Shown here: in pieces, positions 9,260 through 18,515 of the stretch | How positions within the stretch are numbered: position 1 is the stretch's first letter | Layout: each line of letters starts with the position of its first letter | Origin: Mycobacteriales bacterium | GTDB taxonomy: Bacteria; Actinomycetota; Actinomycetes; Mycobacteriales; Nakamurellaceae | Reading direction: 5' to 3' | NCBI GenBank assembly: GCA_038325895.1 | Contig: JBBQJM010000001.1 | Location: 1 to 33,440 of the forward strand | DNA: 33,440 nucleotides | Notes under the pieces: generated by a model | Seen by the model: the letters and a program-made list of their open reading frames with translations, nothing else | Databases searched by the model: none | Told to the model about the DNA's origin: nothing | Program-made: the position numbers and the translations under genes

Positions 9260-9510
9260 GAGGCAATCTCAAGGCGCTGAACCCGAACTGGGACAACACC
9301 TTTCTGGACCAGCCGGCCGCGAACGACCTGGACGCCATCGACGAGTACACCAATGATTCGATCAAGGGGTCGGTGGTCAGCCCGGACAGGAGATCCGCAG
9401 TTGGATCGCCGCCTACGCGGCGTTGTCGACCGTCGGGCCGTACGACATCACCTATCGCTACTGCCGCCCGATCCACGAGTTCATCGCCGGGTTCAGCGTC
9501 ACGACGCGCT
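9260..9510 (+). pseudogene. mhpB: C-terminal remnant of 2,3-dihydroxyphenylpropionate 1,2-dioxygenase
   Basis: ALNPNWDNTFLD...DLDAID, then after a frameshift GQEIRSWIAAYAALSTVGPYDITYRYCRPIHEFIAGFSV. This matches the MhpB C-terminus as I recall it (LNPxWD...EIKTWVAAFAA...YYRPIPEWIAGF). Confidence 0.75.
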
Positions 9511-9658
9511 TCCGCGGCCGTGACGTCGAGAGCGCTACCATTCTCGTCAACGTCGCGGATCGTCGACCGCCCGACAACCCTGCAGTGACTCGGTCGCTTG
9601 GGTCCATTGGCCCGCGAGCGAAGGGCCTTGGGCCTCTACACCGGGACCATCGCCGGAC

Positions 9659-9787
9659 GTCATGATGATGTTGTCACGTTCGCGTGGCGCGCGCCATCCC
9701 CGGATCCGCTACGAAACGGCGCCCTGCACAAGGGCTGCGGCAGTCTAGGTCGGGCGACGGGCGGGGTTCGACTCCTCGCCATGGCAC
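9659..9787 (+). ncRNA. Candidate tRNA-like structured RNA (non-canonical)
   Basis: T-loop TTCGACT (9767-9773) closes a 7-bp stem GGCGGGG/CCTCGCC. The 3' ATGGC pairs with upstream GCCAT (9693-9697), or CATGGC with GTCATG (9659-9664). Further stems: CCGC/GCGG and GCCCT/AGGGC. Confidence 0.4.
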
Positions 9788-9999
9788 TTCTCTGCGCCTG
9801 CAGGCCTGTCAGCACAGCCAGGCCACCACTGCCAGCACAGCCAGGGGTGACAGTGGCCAGGACCACACTGCCCGCACAGCTGGCGCACAGACGCGGGATC
9901 GGTTCCTGACAGGCTGGAACCCGACGATGCGCTGGTGAATGAATGCTCACGCATCGAGGATCTCCGCCCCATGGGCGGTAGGTCGCGGTCGGTGCCGAG

Positions 10000-10891
10000 C
10001 AGCAACCTCGAAGCTGACCGACTGGGAACTCCAGGAGATCGATCGAGTCAACGATTCCGGACTCACACCCATCACCTTCGTGCACGGTCTCTGGCTGTTG
10101 TCCAGCAGCTGGCAGAAACTGGCGGGACTTCTTCGAGGAACACGGCTATCCGACCATCGACCTGGGTGGCCCGACGACCCGGCGACGCTGGTGGAGGCCT
10201 ACAAGAATCCGGATGTGTTTGCCTACAAAATGGTCCAAGAAGTCACCGACCATTACCTCGCCGCCATCGCTCGGCTGGACAGGAAGCCCGCCGTCATCGG
10301 GCATTCTTTCGGTGGCCTGATCTCTCTGAAGATCGCCGGTGAGGGGGCGTCATTCGCCACCGTCTCCATCGACAACGCACCCTTCAAAGGCGTGTTGCCG
10401 CTGCCGTTGAGTGCACTGAAGTCGGCGGCGCCGGTGCTCGGAAACCCCGCCAACCACGGCAAGGCGATCTCATTGACGTTCGAGCAGTTCAAGTTCGGGT
10501 GGACGAACAACCTCGACGACGCCGAAGCAAGGCACCTGTATGACACGTACCACGTTCCCGCGTCCGGCGCACCGCTGTTCCAGGCTGCGGTCGCCAACTT
10601 CAACCCCTTCGGCGGCCAGACGAAGGTCAACACCGAAAACCCCGCCCGCGGCCCGATCCTCATCATCGCCGGCGAGAACGACAACACCGCCCCCTCCGCC
10701 ATTACTCATGCGAGGTTCAGCTGCCCGCGTTGAGCGTGAGCGAGCTGCTGACCCACAACTACCTCGCCAAGCACGGCGATGCCGTCACCGAGATCGTCGA
10801 TGTACCCGAGCGCGGACATTCCCTCACCATCGACCACGGCTGGCGCGAGGTCGCCGAGATCGCCCTCAGCTTTGTCAAGCGATTCAGCTGA
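10000..10891 (+). pseudogene. Alpha/beta hydrolase, disrupted
   Basis: FVHGLWLLSSSW and nucleophile motif GHSFGG. The C-terminus RGHSLTIDHGWREVAEIALSFVKRFS* (TGA 10889-10891) is in another frame after a break near 10710. There is a compensated frameshift near 10117-10162 and no clear start codon. Confidence 0.75.
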
Positions 10892-11090
10892 ACCACCCGG
10901 CTTTTCGTCCGTCACCCCCATTCCGGCCCCCTTGTGGAGGTTTCGTATGAAGCACCTCACCGCATGGATCCTGGCCGCCGTCAGGGGTAGTCGCTGATCA
11001 AGCCCACGGTGCCGCCGCCTGCGACCCGCGCCGTCCCCCGACCTTCCAGGTCCCTCGGTTCGACCGGGAGCGGTTCCGGGACAGGGGGTC

Positions 11091-11714
11091 TCAGCGCTCG
11101 AGACCCAGCGTGGCGAGCAGGTCCTCGTGAAGCTCGAACCAGACGGTGTGGCAGGAATCGATTCCCGGCTCGTCGACCCACTTTCGCTCACCCAGGTCAA
11201 CCCGTTTCAGCGCGGTCGCGAACCGATCCTGATAACCGGCGCAACGGGCAAGGGCGCTTTCCAGTTGATCACCGACGGGACGCACGCCCTGCGAGAGACC
11301 GGCAAGATTGTTGAGAATGGCCTCGTCCCAACGCCATTCGCGGTGATCGTTCGCGGCCATCGGGTCCCATGGGGTCGGTCGGATCTGCCACTTGGTGATC
11401 AGCGTCAGGAACATGGCGTTGAGGGTGCTGAACGATGCGTGCGACTTGACCACGACGTCGCGAACACCTGCCTCGTCCAGCTCCGCGGCCAGCATCCGGC
11501 CGCCCGCGTCGCGGCCGGCCTCGGTCAGAGTCCAACCCGTGACGCCGGCGAATCCGGCGCGCCGCACCCATCCGCGCGCCTGGTGGTCCAGCAGCAATTC
11601 CTCGACGGTCACCCAGTCCAGGGAGAAGCGCCGTGCCACCGAGCCGGCGTCCGCCATGCCCTGGATGCGAACTCCATGCAGGACGAGGAGCTCCGGTGAG
11701 GAGACGAACGCCAT
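11091..11714 (-). CDS. Conserved actinobacterial protein, Rv1126c-like (putative wHTH-containing regulator)
   Basis: N-terminal LVLHGVRIQGMA...GWTLTEAG and C-terminal DSCHTVWFELHEDLLATLG motifs. Confidence 0.7.
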   Translation of the reverse strand: MAFVSSPELLVLHGVRIQGMADAGSVARRFSLDWVTVEELLLDHQARGWVRRAGFAGVTGWTLTEAGRDAGGRMLAAELDEAGVRDVVVKSHASFSTLNAMFLTLITKWQIRPTPWDPMAANDHREWRWDEAILNNLAGLSQGVRPVGDQLESALARCAGYQDRFATALKRVDLGERKWVDEPGIDSCHTVWFELHEDLLATLGLER

Positions 11715-11749
11715 GCCCGAACGCTACCGTCAGGGCGCGGGGGTATCTG

Positions 11750-12325
11750 ATGGCAGATATGACGAAACCTGACTCCGGGCAAAGGGAGACTTCCGTCGGG
11801 CTCGACGAGAGTACTCGGGCGTTGAAGGAGCGGATCTACGCGAGCTTCACCGGTCTGGCAATTCTGGCGGCGCTGTATGCCAACGGCCACGCCACTGCGC
11901 CGGAAGCGCTGCTGTCCGTCGCGGTGGGCGTGTTCGGCATCTCGGCCGCCGGTTTCCTCGCCGAGATCGTCGCACACCAGGTGGCCCATCAAGGGATGCC
12001 GTCCGGCGCAGAGGTCCGCACGATGGGCCGGATCGCGCTGACTGCCCTGGGATCGGCATCTCTCCCGATCTTCGTCCTTACCCTGTCCTGGGCGGGCCTG
12101 CTGTCGCTGGACGTAGCGTTGTGGATCGGGATGGGCATCTACGCCGCCACGCTCGTCGTGGTGATGCTCGTCGCCGCCCACAACTCCGGTCTGACGCCCG
12201 TTCAGCGCCTCGTCTCGTCGGCAATGCTCATCGGACTGGCGCTCTTTGTCGTGGCCGTGCTGCTGCTCGCCCATCTGCATCGACCTCAAGTGGTGGGCCA
12301 GCCGGTGTGGGCCTCGGCGAGGTAA
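11750..12325 (+). CDS. Hypothetical multi-pass membrane protein
   Basis: LKERIYASFTGLAI followed by about five hydrophobic segments; divergent from the 11091-11714 gene. Start at 11750 or 11759. Confidence 0.75.
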   Translation: MADMTKPDSGQRETSVGLDESTRALKERIYASFTGLAILAALYANGHATAPEALLSVAVGVFGISAAGFLAEIVAHQVAHQGMPSGAEVRTMGRIALTALGSASLPIFVLTLSWAGLLSLDVALWIGMGIYAATLVVVMLVAAHNSGLTPVQRLVSSAMLIGLALFVVAVLLLAHLHRPQVVGQPVWASAR

Positions 12326-12454
12326 GCAGAACCGTGTCGGGCGTTGACCACGGCGCTGAGTTCGCCGAGTTGCCGCTTGCGTTCGAAGGGCTGGTGTCGG
12401 GTCGTTCGTGCAGCATGCTTGTCGTCCAGTACGAGAGGTTCTGCGCTTGGCAGA

Positions 12455-12682
12455 TTAACAGCAGCGGGCACCGGGGTCGGCGTCCATTGCGCTGTATCGC
12501 TCGCGCCAGTAGTCCCTTTCGGTGGGGACAGGGTGGCCGGGGTGCCGGCGGGCCAGGTGGTCGACGTAGCGAGAGTAGGCGTTGTCGCCCATCACGGACG
12601 CGATCCACCATCGGACGCCGCGGGCCATTGTTTGCACGGCATCGACCACGCTTCGGGTTTCGAGGCCGCCGGCTGCAGGCAT
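12455..12682 (-). CDS. ybdD: YbdD/YjiX (DUF466) family small protein
   Basis: MGDNAYSRYVDHLARRHPGHPVPTERDYWRERY...PGARCC; the start overlaps the cstA stop (TGATG). Confidence 0.9.
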   Translation of the reverse strand: MPAAGGLETRSVVDAVQTMARGVRWWIASVMGDNAYSRYVDHLARRHPGHPVPTERDYWRERYSAMDADPGARCC

Positions 12683-14931
12683 CAGTGACCGCCGCCCGTG
12701 CCGGAGGGCACCGGGCTCAGCCCGGATTCCGCCCATTCCGCCGCGACCTGTTTCTCCGCAGGCGTGGTGAGGAAACTGCTGGGCGCGAAGAAATGGGATG
12801 GAGTGTCGGGTTCTTCGGTGGTGGGCAGGCCGCCCGCCCGGATGGACCGTACGCACACCACGACCGCGGCGATCACCACGATGATGACCAGCGACGCGAA
12901 GATGATCGACAGCGTGCCCTGCACGAGGGTGTTACGCACCACGGCGTCGATCGCCGCCGGGCTGGTCGCGGTGCCGAATTTCTGGGCACCCGCGGCCTGC
13001 GCACCCGCGAACGCGTTGTGCTGGGCGAAGTATCCGATTGCCGGGACCGGGGAGAAGATCTTCTGATACGACGCAGTGAGCGTCACGATCAGGTCCCAGA
13101 CCAGCGGGAGGCCGGGGATCCAGGCCCACTTGTAGAGCTTCTTCTTGATCAACACGGTGAAGACGATGGTCAGCGCGATGGCGGCGAGCAACTGGTTCGC
13201 GATGCCGAACAGCGGGAAGAGGGTGTTGATGCCGCCGAGCGGGTCGGTGACGCCCATGATCAGGATGGCGCCCCAGGCGAGAACCACCAGCAGCGAGCAG
13301 GTCCAGGCGCCGATCCGCCAGGACGGATCGCGGAACTTGCGGGCTCCGGGAATGTTTCCGATCGAGTCGGACAGCATGAATCGCGCGACCCTGGTACCCG
13401 CGTCGACAGTGGTCAGGATGAAAAGCGCCTCGAACATGATCGCGAAGTGGTACCAGAACGCCTTCAATCCCACTCCGCCGGCGACCTCGCTGAGCACCTC
13501 GGACATGCCGAACGCCAGCGTCGGTGCGCCGCCGGTGCGCGAGATGATCGACGCTTCACCCACATCCGAGGCGGCCTGGGTGAACGAGTCCGGGGTGACA
13601 GGTGGACTGGACAGCCCCAACCCGTTCACGTAGGCAGCCGCGGTTTCCGGGGTTCCGCCGGTAAGACCGACCGGGGCGTTCAGGCCGAAGTACAGATGCT
13701 GGTCGAGGATGACCGCGGTGACCAGTGCCATGATCGCCACGAATGATTCGGTGAGCATGCCGCCGTAGCCGATCATCCTGGTCTGGCTTTCCTTTTCGAT
13801 CATCTTCGGGGTCGTCCCGGAGCAGATCAATGCGTGGAATCCGGAGATAGCGCCGCACGCGATGGTGATGAACAGGAACGGGAACAACGCGCCCGCGAAG
13901 GCCGGGCCGTTGCCGTCGATGGCGAAGGAGGTGACCGCCGGCATCTGCACGACGGGCCGGGCTATCAGGATGCCGATGGCCAGCAGCACAATCGTGCCGA
14001 CCTTCATGAAGGTCGACAGGTAGTCCCGTGGTGCCAGCAGCAGCCAGACCGGCAGCACGGAGGCGGCGAACCCGTAGATGATCAGGGCCCAGGCCAGTGT
14101 CACCTTTCCGAGGGTGAACCAGCTTTGCCCCCAGTCGGTTTCGGCGACCCAGCCGCCGGAGATGATGGCCAGCAACAGCAAGCTCACCCCGATGGCCGAG
14201 ACCTCCGACACCCGGCCGGGACGCAGGAAGCGCAAGTACACGCCCATGAACAGGGCGATGGGGATGGTCATCAGCAACGAGAAGACGCCCCAGGGACTTT
14301 CGGCCAGGGCGTTCACCACGACCAGCGCGAGCACGGCGATGATGATGATCATGATGACGAAAACGCCGATGAGCGCCGCGATGCCGCCGACCCTACCCAG
14401 CTCATCCCTGGCCATCTGGCCAAGGCTCCGTCCTCGGCGGCGGGTCGAGAGCCACAGCACCAGGTAGTCCTGCACGCCGCCGGCCAGCACCACGCCGATG
14501 ATGATCCACATGGTGCCCGGCAGGTAGCCCATCTGTGCGGCGAGTACCGGCCCGACCAGGGGTCCAGCCCCGGCGATCGCGGCGAAGTGGTGCCCGAACA
14601 ACACCCGACGGTCGGTCGCGTCGAAATCCTTGCCGTTGGCGTGGGCCTCGGCGGGCGTAGCCCGTTCATCGCGAGGTTTGACGATCTTGTACTGGAGCAG
14701 CCGGGCGTAGAAGCGAAACGCGATGATGTATGTGCACACCGCAGCCAGCACGAACCAGACCGAGTTGACCTGCTCGCCCCGGATGACGGCGATCATGGTC
14801 CACGCGAACCCGCCGAGCAGGGCGATGACCAGATAGGTGACCCGGGCGGTCGGGGTCATTGCAGCCCGTTGCCTGACCGCGACGGGTGGTTGATCGGGAT
14901 GGGTGCGGACGAATTCGGTGTCGGTTGTCAT
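12682..14931 (-). CDS. cstA: Carbon starvation protein CstA (peptide/pyruvate transporter family)
   Basis: VLFGHHFAAIAGAGPLVGP, WLLLAPRDYLSTFMK, ITIACGAISGFHAL, SRTGGAPTLA and LFPLFGIANQLLA motifs; 749 aa. Confidence 0.97.
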   Translation of the reverse strand: MTTDTEFVRTHPDQPPVAVRQRAAMTPTARVTYLVIALLGGFAWTMIAVIRGEQVNSVWFVLAAVCTYIIAFRFYARLLQYKIVKPRDERATPAEAHANGKDFDATDRRVLFGHHFAAIAGAGPLVGPVLAAQMGYLPGTMWIIIGVVLAGGVQDYLVLWLSTRRRGRSLGQMARDELGRVGGIAALIGVFVIMIIIIAVLALVVVNALAESPWGVFSLLMTIPIALFMGVYLRFLRPGRVSEVSAIGVSLLLLAIISGGWVAETDWGQSWFTLGKVTLAWALIIYGFAASVLPVWLLLAPRDYLSTFMKVGTIVLLAIGILIARPVVQMPAVTSFAIDGNGPAFAGALFPFLFITIACGAISGFHALICSGTTPKMIEKESQTRMIGYGGMLTESFVAIMALVTAVILDQHLYFGLNAPVGLTGGTPETAAAYVNGLGLSSPPVTPDSFTQAASDVGEASIISRTGGAPTLAFGMSEVLSEVAGGVGLKAFWYHFAIMFEALFILTTVDAGTRVARFMLSDSIGNIPGARKFRDPSWRIGAWTCSLLVVLAWGAILIMGVTDPLGGINTLFPLFGIANQLLAAIALTIVFTVLIKKKLYKWAWIPGLPLVWDLIVTLTASYQKIFSPVPAIGYFAQHNAFAGAQAAGAQKFGTATSPAAIDAVVRNTLVQGTLSIIFASLVIIVVIAAVVVCVRSIRAGGLPTTEEPDTPSHFFAPSSFLTTPAEKQVAAEWAESGLSPVPSGTGGGH

Positions 14932-15289
14932 TGATCACTCTCGACTCGTGATGGCGGCGGTATTTCCGCAGATCCGACAATGCTCGGGACACGGGTGTTG
15001 CCGGGGTTCCTGGGCGGCAGGAAAGGTTCCCCAGTGCGGCGGTTGGCAAACGGCGGCATCGGCCCCAGCGGCTGTTGGTCCAGCACGGCTGACACAACTC
15101 TGACCACCTGAAGATGTCAAGCGCGAGTGTTCCGCTCCTGAAGGAGCGCGCGCACGCCTCCCACCAGCTGGTCGACCCACCAGCTGATCGAAGATGACGG
15201 CGGATCCCGCTGTTCGTCCGAAACGTGCTGACCAACTACCGTGAGCGGGGCCGCCGGCACGCGATGACGGCTCCCAAGGGGAGGTGGTG

Positions 15290-18055
15290 ATGGCGGGCCC
15301 GCTGCTCGAGACGAAGTTTCACGTGCCCAGGCGGGGCCGCGGTCTGGTCGGGCGTCCGCGACTGTCCGAGCGGCTGAGCCGCGGGGCCGATTCGGCACTG
15401 ACGCTGGTGTCAGCCCCTGCCGGTTTCGGAAAGACCACGCTGCTGGCGGAGTGGCTGGCGGTCGTCGCGGCCGAGGGACGGACCGTGGCGTGGCTGTCAC
15501 TCGATCAGCGCGACAACGATCCAGCGGTGTTCTGGACGTACCTGGTTGCCGCGCTGAAGGCGGCGGTGCCCGGGGTCGGGGCAGAGGCGGTCTCACTGCT
15601 GCAGTCGCCCCAGTCGCCGATCGAAGGCGTTCTGGCGACTCTGCTGAACGACCTCAGCGCCGTCTCGGACGATGTCGTGCTGGTGCTCGACGATTACCAC
15701 CTCATCGACGCACAAGAGGTGCGGGAGGGGATGGCCTTCCTGCTCGAGCACCTGCCACCCCAGATCCATCTGGTGATCGCCGGCCGCGCCGACCCGACGC
15801 TGCCGCTGGCCAGGTTGCGGTCGCATGGTGAGCTGGTCGAGATCCGTTCCGCTGAGCTGCGTTTCACGCCGGATGAGGCAGCGACCTACCTGAACGAGGT
15901 CATGGGACTCGCCCTGACCGCACGGGACGTCGCGGACCTGGAGGGGCGCACCGAAGGGTGGATCGCGGCACTCCAGCTTGCGGCGCTCTCGATGCAGGGA
16001 CGAGAGGACGTCGAGGGCTTCATCGCCGGCTTCGCCGGGGATGATCGTTACATCGTCGACTATCTCGCCGAGGAGGTCTTGCAGCGCCAGCCCGAGGATG
16101 TCCGCTATTTCCTCTTGCGGACGTGCATCCTGGATCGGCTCACCGGCCCGCTGTGCGATGCCGTCACCGGGCAGGACGGGGGCAGGGCGACGTTGGCGGC
16201 GCTGGAGCGAGAGAACCTGTTCCTGGTTCCGCTTGACGACCGCCGCCAATGGTATCGCTACCACCAGCTCTTCAAGGATGTTCTCCAGGCACACCTGAGG
16301 GACGAGGAGCCCGACAACGGCGCAGCCCCGCACCGTCGCGCGAGCGTGTGGTTCGAGCAGAACGGCGAGCCCGCCGAGGCGGTCCGGCACGCACTGGCCG
16401 CGGGGGATTTCGATCGAGCGGCGGATCTCGTCGAGCTGCAGATTCCGGCGATGGCCAGGAGCAGGCAGGAGGTCAGGGTCCGCCGCTGGCTCGCCGCGCT
16501 TCCCGAGGACGTGATCCGTGTTCGGCCGGTACTCATCGTGGGGTTCGCCGGGGCGTTGCTCGCCGTCGGCGAGCTCGATGGTGTCGAGGCCCGCCTGCGG
16601 GACGCCGAGCGCTGGCTGACCACGTCTCGAACCGGTCAGGGACCCCGCGTGATCGCACCGCGGGAGGCCCCCGCGGCCGAGATGGTCGTCGTGGACGACG
16701 AGCAATTCCGCCGCCTTCCGGTGATGGTCGAGCTGTACCGGGCCGCACTTGCCCTGGCCGGGGGGGAGGCTGTCGCCGCCGTGACGCACGCCCGGCGGGC
16801 CTTCGACCTTTCCGCTGACGACGCGCACCCGACCCGCGCTGCGGCATCGGGGTTGTCGGGACTGGCGTATTGGGCCAGCGGGGACCTCGAGGCCGGGTAC
16901 TCGGCCTATTCGGACTGCATGGCCGGCCTCTACCGGGCCGGGTACGTCTCCGACACCTTCGGGTGCGCCATCGCGTTGGCAGACATTCGGCTGGCGCAAG
17001 GTCGTCCAAGCGAGGCACTGCACACCTACGAGCAGGCGTTGCGGCGTGCCACCGAACTGGGTGGGCCGGTGCTGCGGGGAACAGCTGACATGTATGTGGG
17101 GATGAGCGAGGTTCTCCGCGAACGCGACGACTTGCCCGGCGCCACAGGACATTTGATGCGATGCCAGGAGCTGGGTGACGACAGCGGGTTGCCGCAGAAC
17201 CCGTACCGCCGGCGGGTCGCGATGGCCCTGATACGCCAGGCCCAAGGAGACCTGGACGCTGCACTCGACCTGCTCGACGAGGCGGAGCAGCTGTACTGGA
17301 GTGACTTGTTCCCGAACGTCCGACCGATTCCGGCGCTGCGGGCAAGGGCACTCCTGGCACAGGGGCGGTGGAGTGACGCGCTCGGCTGGACCCGTGAGCG
17401 TGGTCTGTCCGCCGAGGACGAACTCAGCTACCTTCACGAATTCGAGCACATCACCCTCGCCAGGGTGCTCGTGGCCAGGTACACGGCCGACCGTGACGAG
17501 CACGCCAGCGAGGAAGCGAGCCGACTCCTGGGCCGCCTGCTGTTGGCGGCGGACGACGGGGGGAGGACCGGGAGCGTCATCGAGGTTCTTGTGGTGCAGG
17601 CGCTTGCCGCACAGGCGGGCGGCGACATCGCGGCAGCCCTTGCGTCGCTGCGACGCGCGCTGACCCTGTCCGAACCAGAGGGCTACGTGCGCATCTATGT
17701 CGACGAGGGCCCGTCCATGGCCTCGCTGCTGAGTGCGGTCGCGAAACAGGGGAGTGCGTCGGGTTACGTCCGTCAACTCCTGGCAGCCATGAACACGTCG
17801 ACGGAGACGACCGCCGCCGGCTCCGCCCCCGAACGGGGCTTGATCGAGCCGCTGAGTGCTCGTGAACTGGACGTGCTGCGACTACTCGCCACCGACCTGG
17901 ACGGCCCCGAGATCGCCCGCGAGCTCATCGTTTCCCTGAACACGGTCCGAACGCACACCAAGCACATTTACGAAAAGCTCGGCGTGAACAACCGGCGGGC
18001 GGCGGTCCGCCGGGCAAAGGAACTGGACATGTTGTCGCGAGCAAGCGACCACTGA
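15290..18055 (+). CDS. MalT-like large ATP-binding LuxR-family regulator (NTPase - TPR-like - HTH)
   Basis: LLETKFHVP, Walker A SAPAGFGKTT, Walker B LVLDDYH, RTEGWIAALQLA, WYRYHQLF and C-terminal HTH PLSARELDVL...SLNTVRTHTKHIYEKLGV. GGAGG RBS. Confidence 0.93.
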   Translation: MAGPLLETKFHVPRRGRGLVGRPRLSERLSRGADSALTLVSAPAGFGKTTLLAEWLAVVAAEGRTVAWLSLDQRDNDPAVFWTYLVAALKAAVPGVGAEAVSLLQSPQSPIEGVLATLLNDLSAVSDDVVLVLDDYHLIDAQEVREGMAFLLEHLPPQIHLVIAGRADPTLPLARLRSHGELVEIRSAELRFTPDEAATYLNEVMGLALTARDVADLEGRTEGWIAALQLAALSMQGREDVEGFIAGFAGDDRYIVDYLAEEVLQRQPEDVRYFLLRTCILDRLTGPLCDAVTGQDGGRATLAALERENLFLVPLDDRRQWYRYHQLFKDVLQAHLRDEEPDNGAAPHRRASVWFEQNGEPAEAVRHALAAGDFDRAADLVELQIPAMARSRQEVRVRRWLAALPEDVIRVRPVLIVGFAGALLAVGELDGVEARLRDAERWLTTSRTGQGPRVIAPREAPAAEMVVVDDEQFRRLPVMVELYRAALALAGGEAVAAVTHARRAFDLSADDAHPTRAAASGLSGLAYWASGDLEAGYSAYSDCMAGLYRAGYVSDTFGCAIALADIRLAQGRPSEALHTYEQALRRATELGGPVLRGTADMYVGMSEVLRERDDLPGATGHLMRCQELGDDSGLPQNPYRRRVAMALIRQAQGDLDAALDLLDEAEQLYWSDLFPNVRPIPALRARALLAQGRWSDALGWTRERGLSAEDELSYLHEFEHITLARVLVARYTADRDEHASEEASRLLGRLLLAADDGGRTGSVIEVLVVQALAAQAGGDIAAALASLRRALTLSEPEGYVRIYVDEGPSMASLLSAVAKQGSASGYVRQLLAAMNTSTETTAAGSAPERGLIEPLSARELDVLRLLATDLDGPEIARELIVSLNTVRTHTKHIYEKLGVNNRRAAVRRAKELDMLSRASDH

Positions 18056-18169
18056 CGTCGTACACCGCCGGTCAGAACCCTTGGGCGGCGGAATCCTGCG
18101 GTGAGGCGGTGGGTGCGGCACGAGGGGTGTCGTCGGCTCGGCCGTTTCGCCGCTCGTGAAACCTCATCA

Positions 18170-18493
18170 CAGCATGGTCGGCTCCGGGCTGTACCTGACC
18201 GTTGCGGGCGTGACGGCGCTGGCATCGGGTGCGTTGCTGCGGAACACCGCGGCCGCGATCACCACCTTCGTGGCGGTGTTCTTCGTGATCCCCCCGTTGA
18301 CGCTCCTGCTGCCCGCTTCGCTGACGGACCAGTTCGTGCAGTACCTGCCGTCCAATGCCGGCTCGGTCATCATGGGCGCGGCTTCAGTGGCGCACACCCG
18401 TTGGCGCCGTGGACCGGGTTTGCGGTGCCGTTTGGCTATGCAGTGGTCCTGACCGGCCGCGCCGCCTGGCGGCTGCGCCGCGTCGACGCCTGA
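18170..18493 (+). pseudogene. C-terminal remnant of an ABC-2-type transporter permease
   Basis: GSGLYLTVAG...GALLRNTAAAIT...QYLPSNAG, then in another frame LAPWTGFAV...AWRLRRVDA*. No N-terminus and no ATPase gene. Confidence 0.7.
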
Positions 18494-18515
18494 CCCACGT
18501 CGGGCCGTCGGATAG

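Noticed and set aside
9693-9787. Canonical tRNA gene or tRNA-Sec
   Set aside because: No 7-nt anticodon loop with U33, incomplete 7-bp acceptor stem and wrong arm spacing. Kept only as a tRNA-like candidate.
12455-12463. Selenocysteine at the YbdD C-terminus
   Set aside because: The codons are TGC TGT TAA, i.e. ordinary Cys-Cys and a TAA stop.
15085-15125. Sigma-70-like promoter or FadR-type operator upstream of cstA (TTGACA on the minus strand at 15120-15115, TGGTCAGA nearby)
   Set aside because: No convincing -10 at 16-18 nt spacing and only a half-site; too weak to call.
15593-17776. 727-aa minus-strand ORF (also 12121-13746, 13834-14934, 2614-3675 and the 5' part of 19108-20559)
   Set aside because: Antisense shadows of well-supported genes, expected in high-GC DNA; no recognisable motifs.
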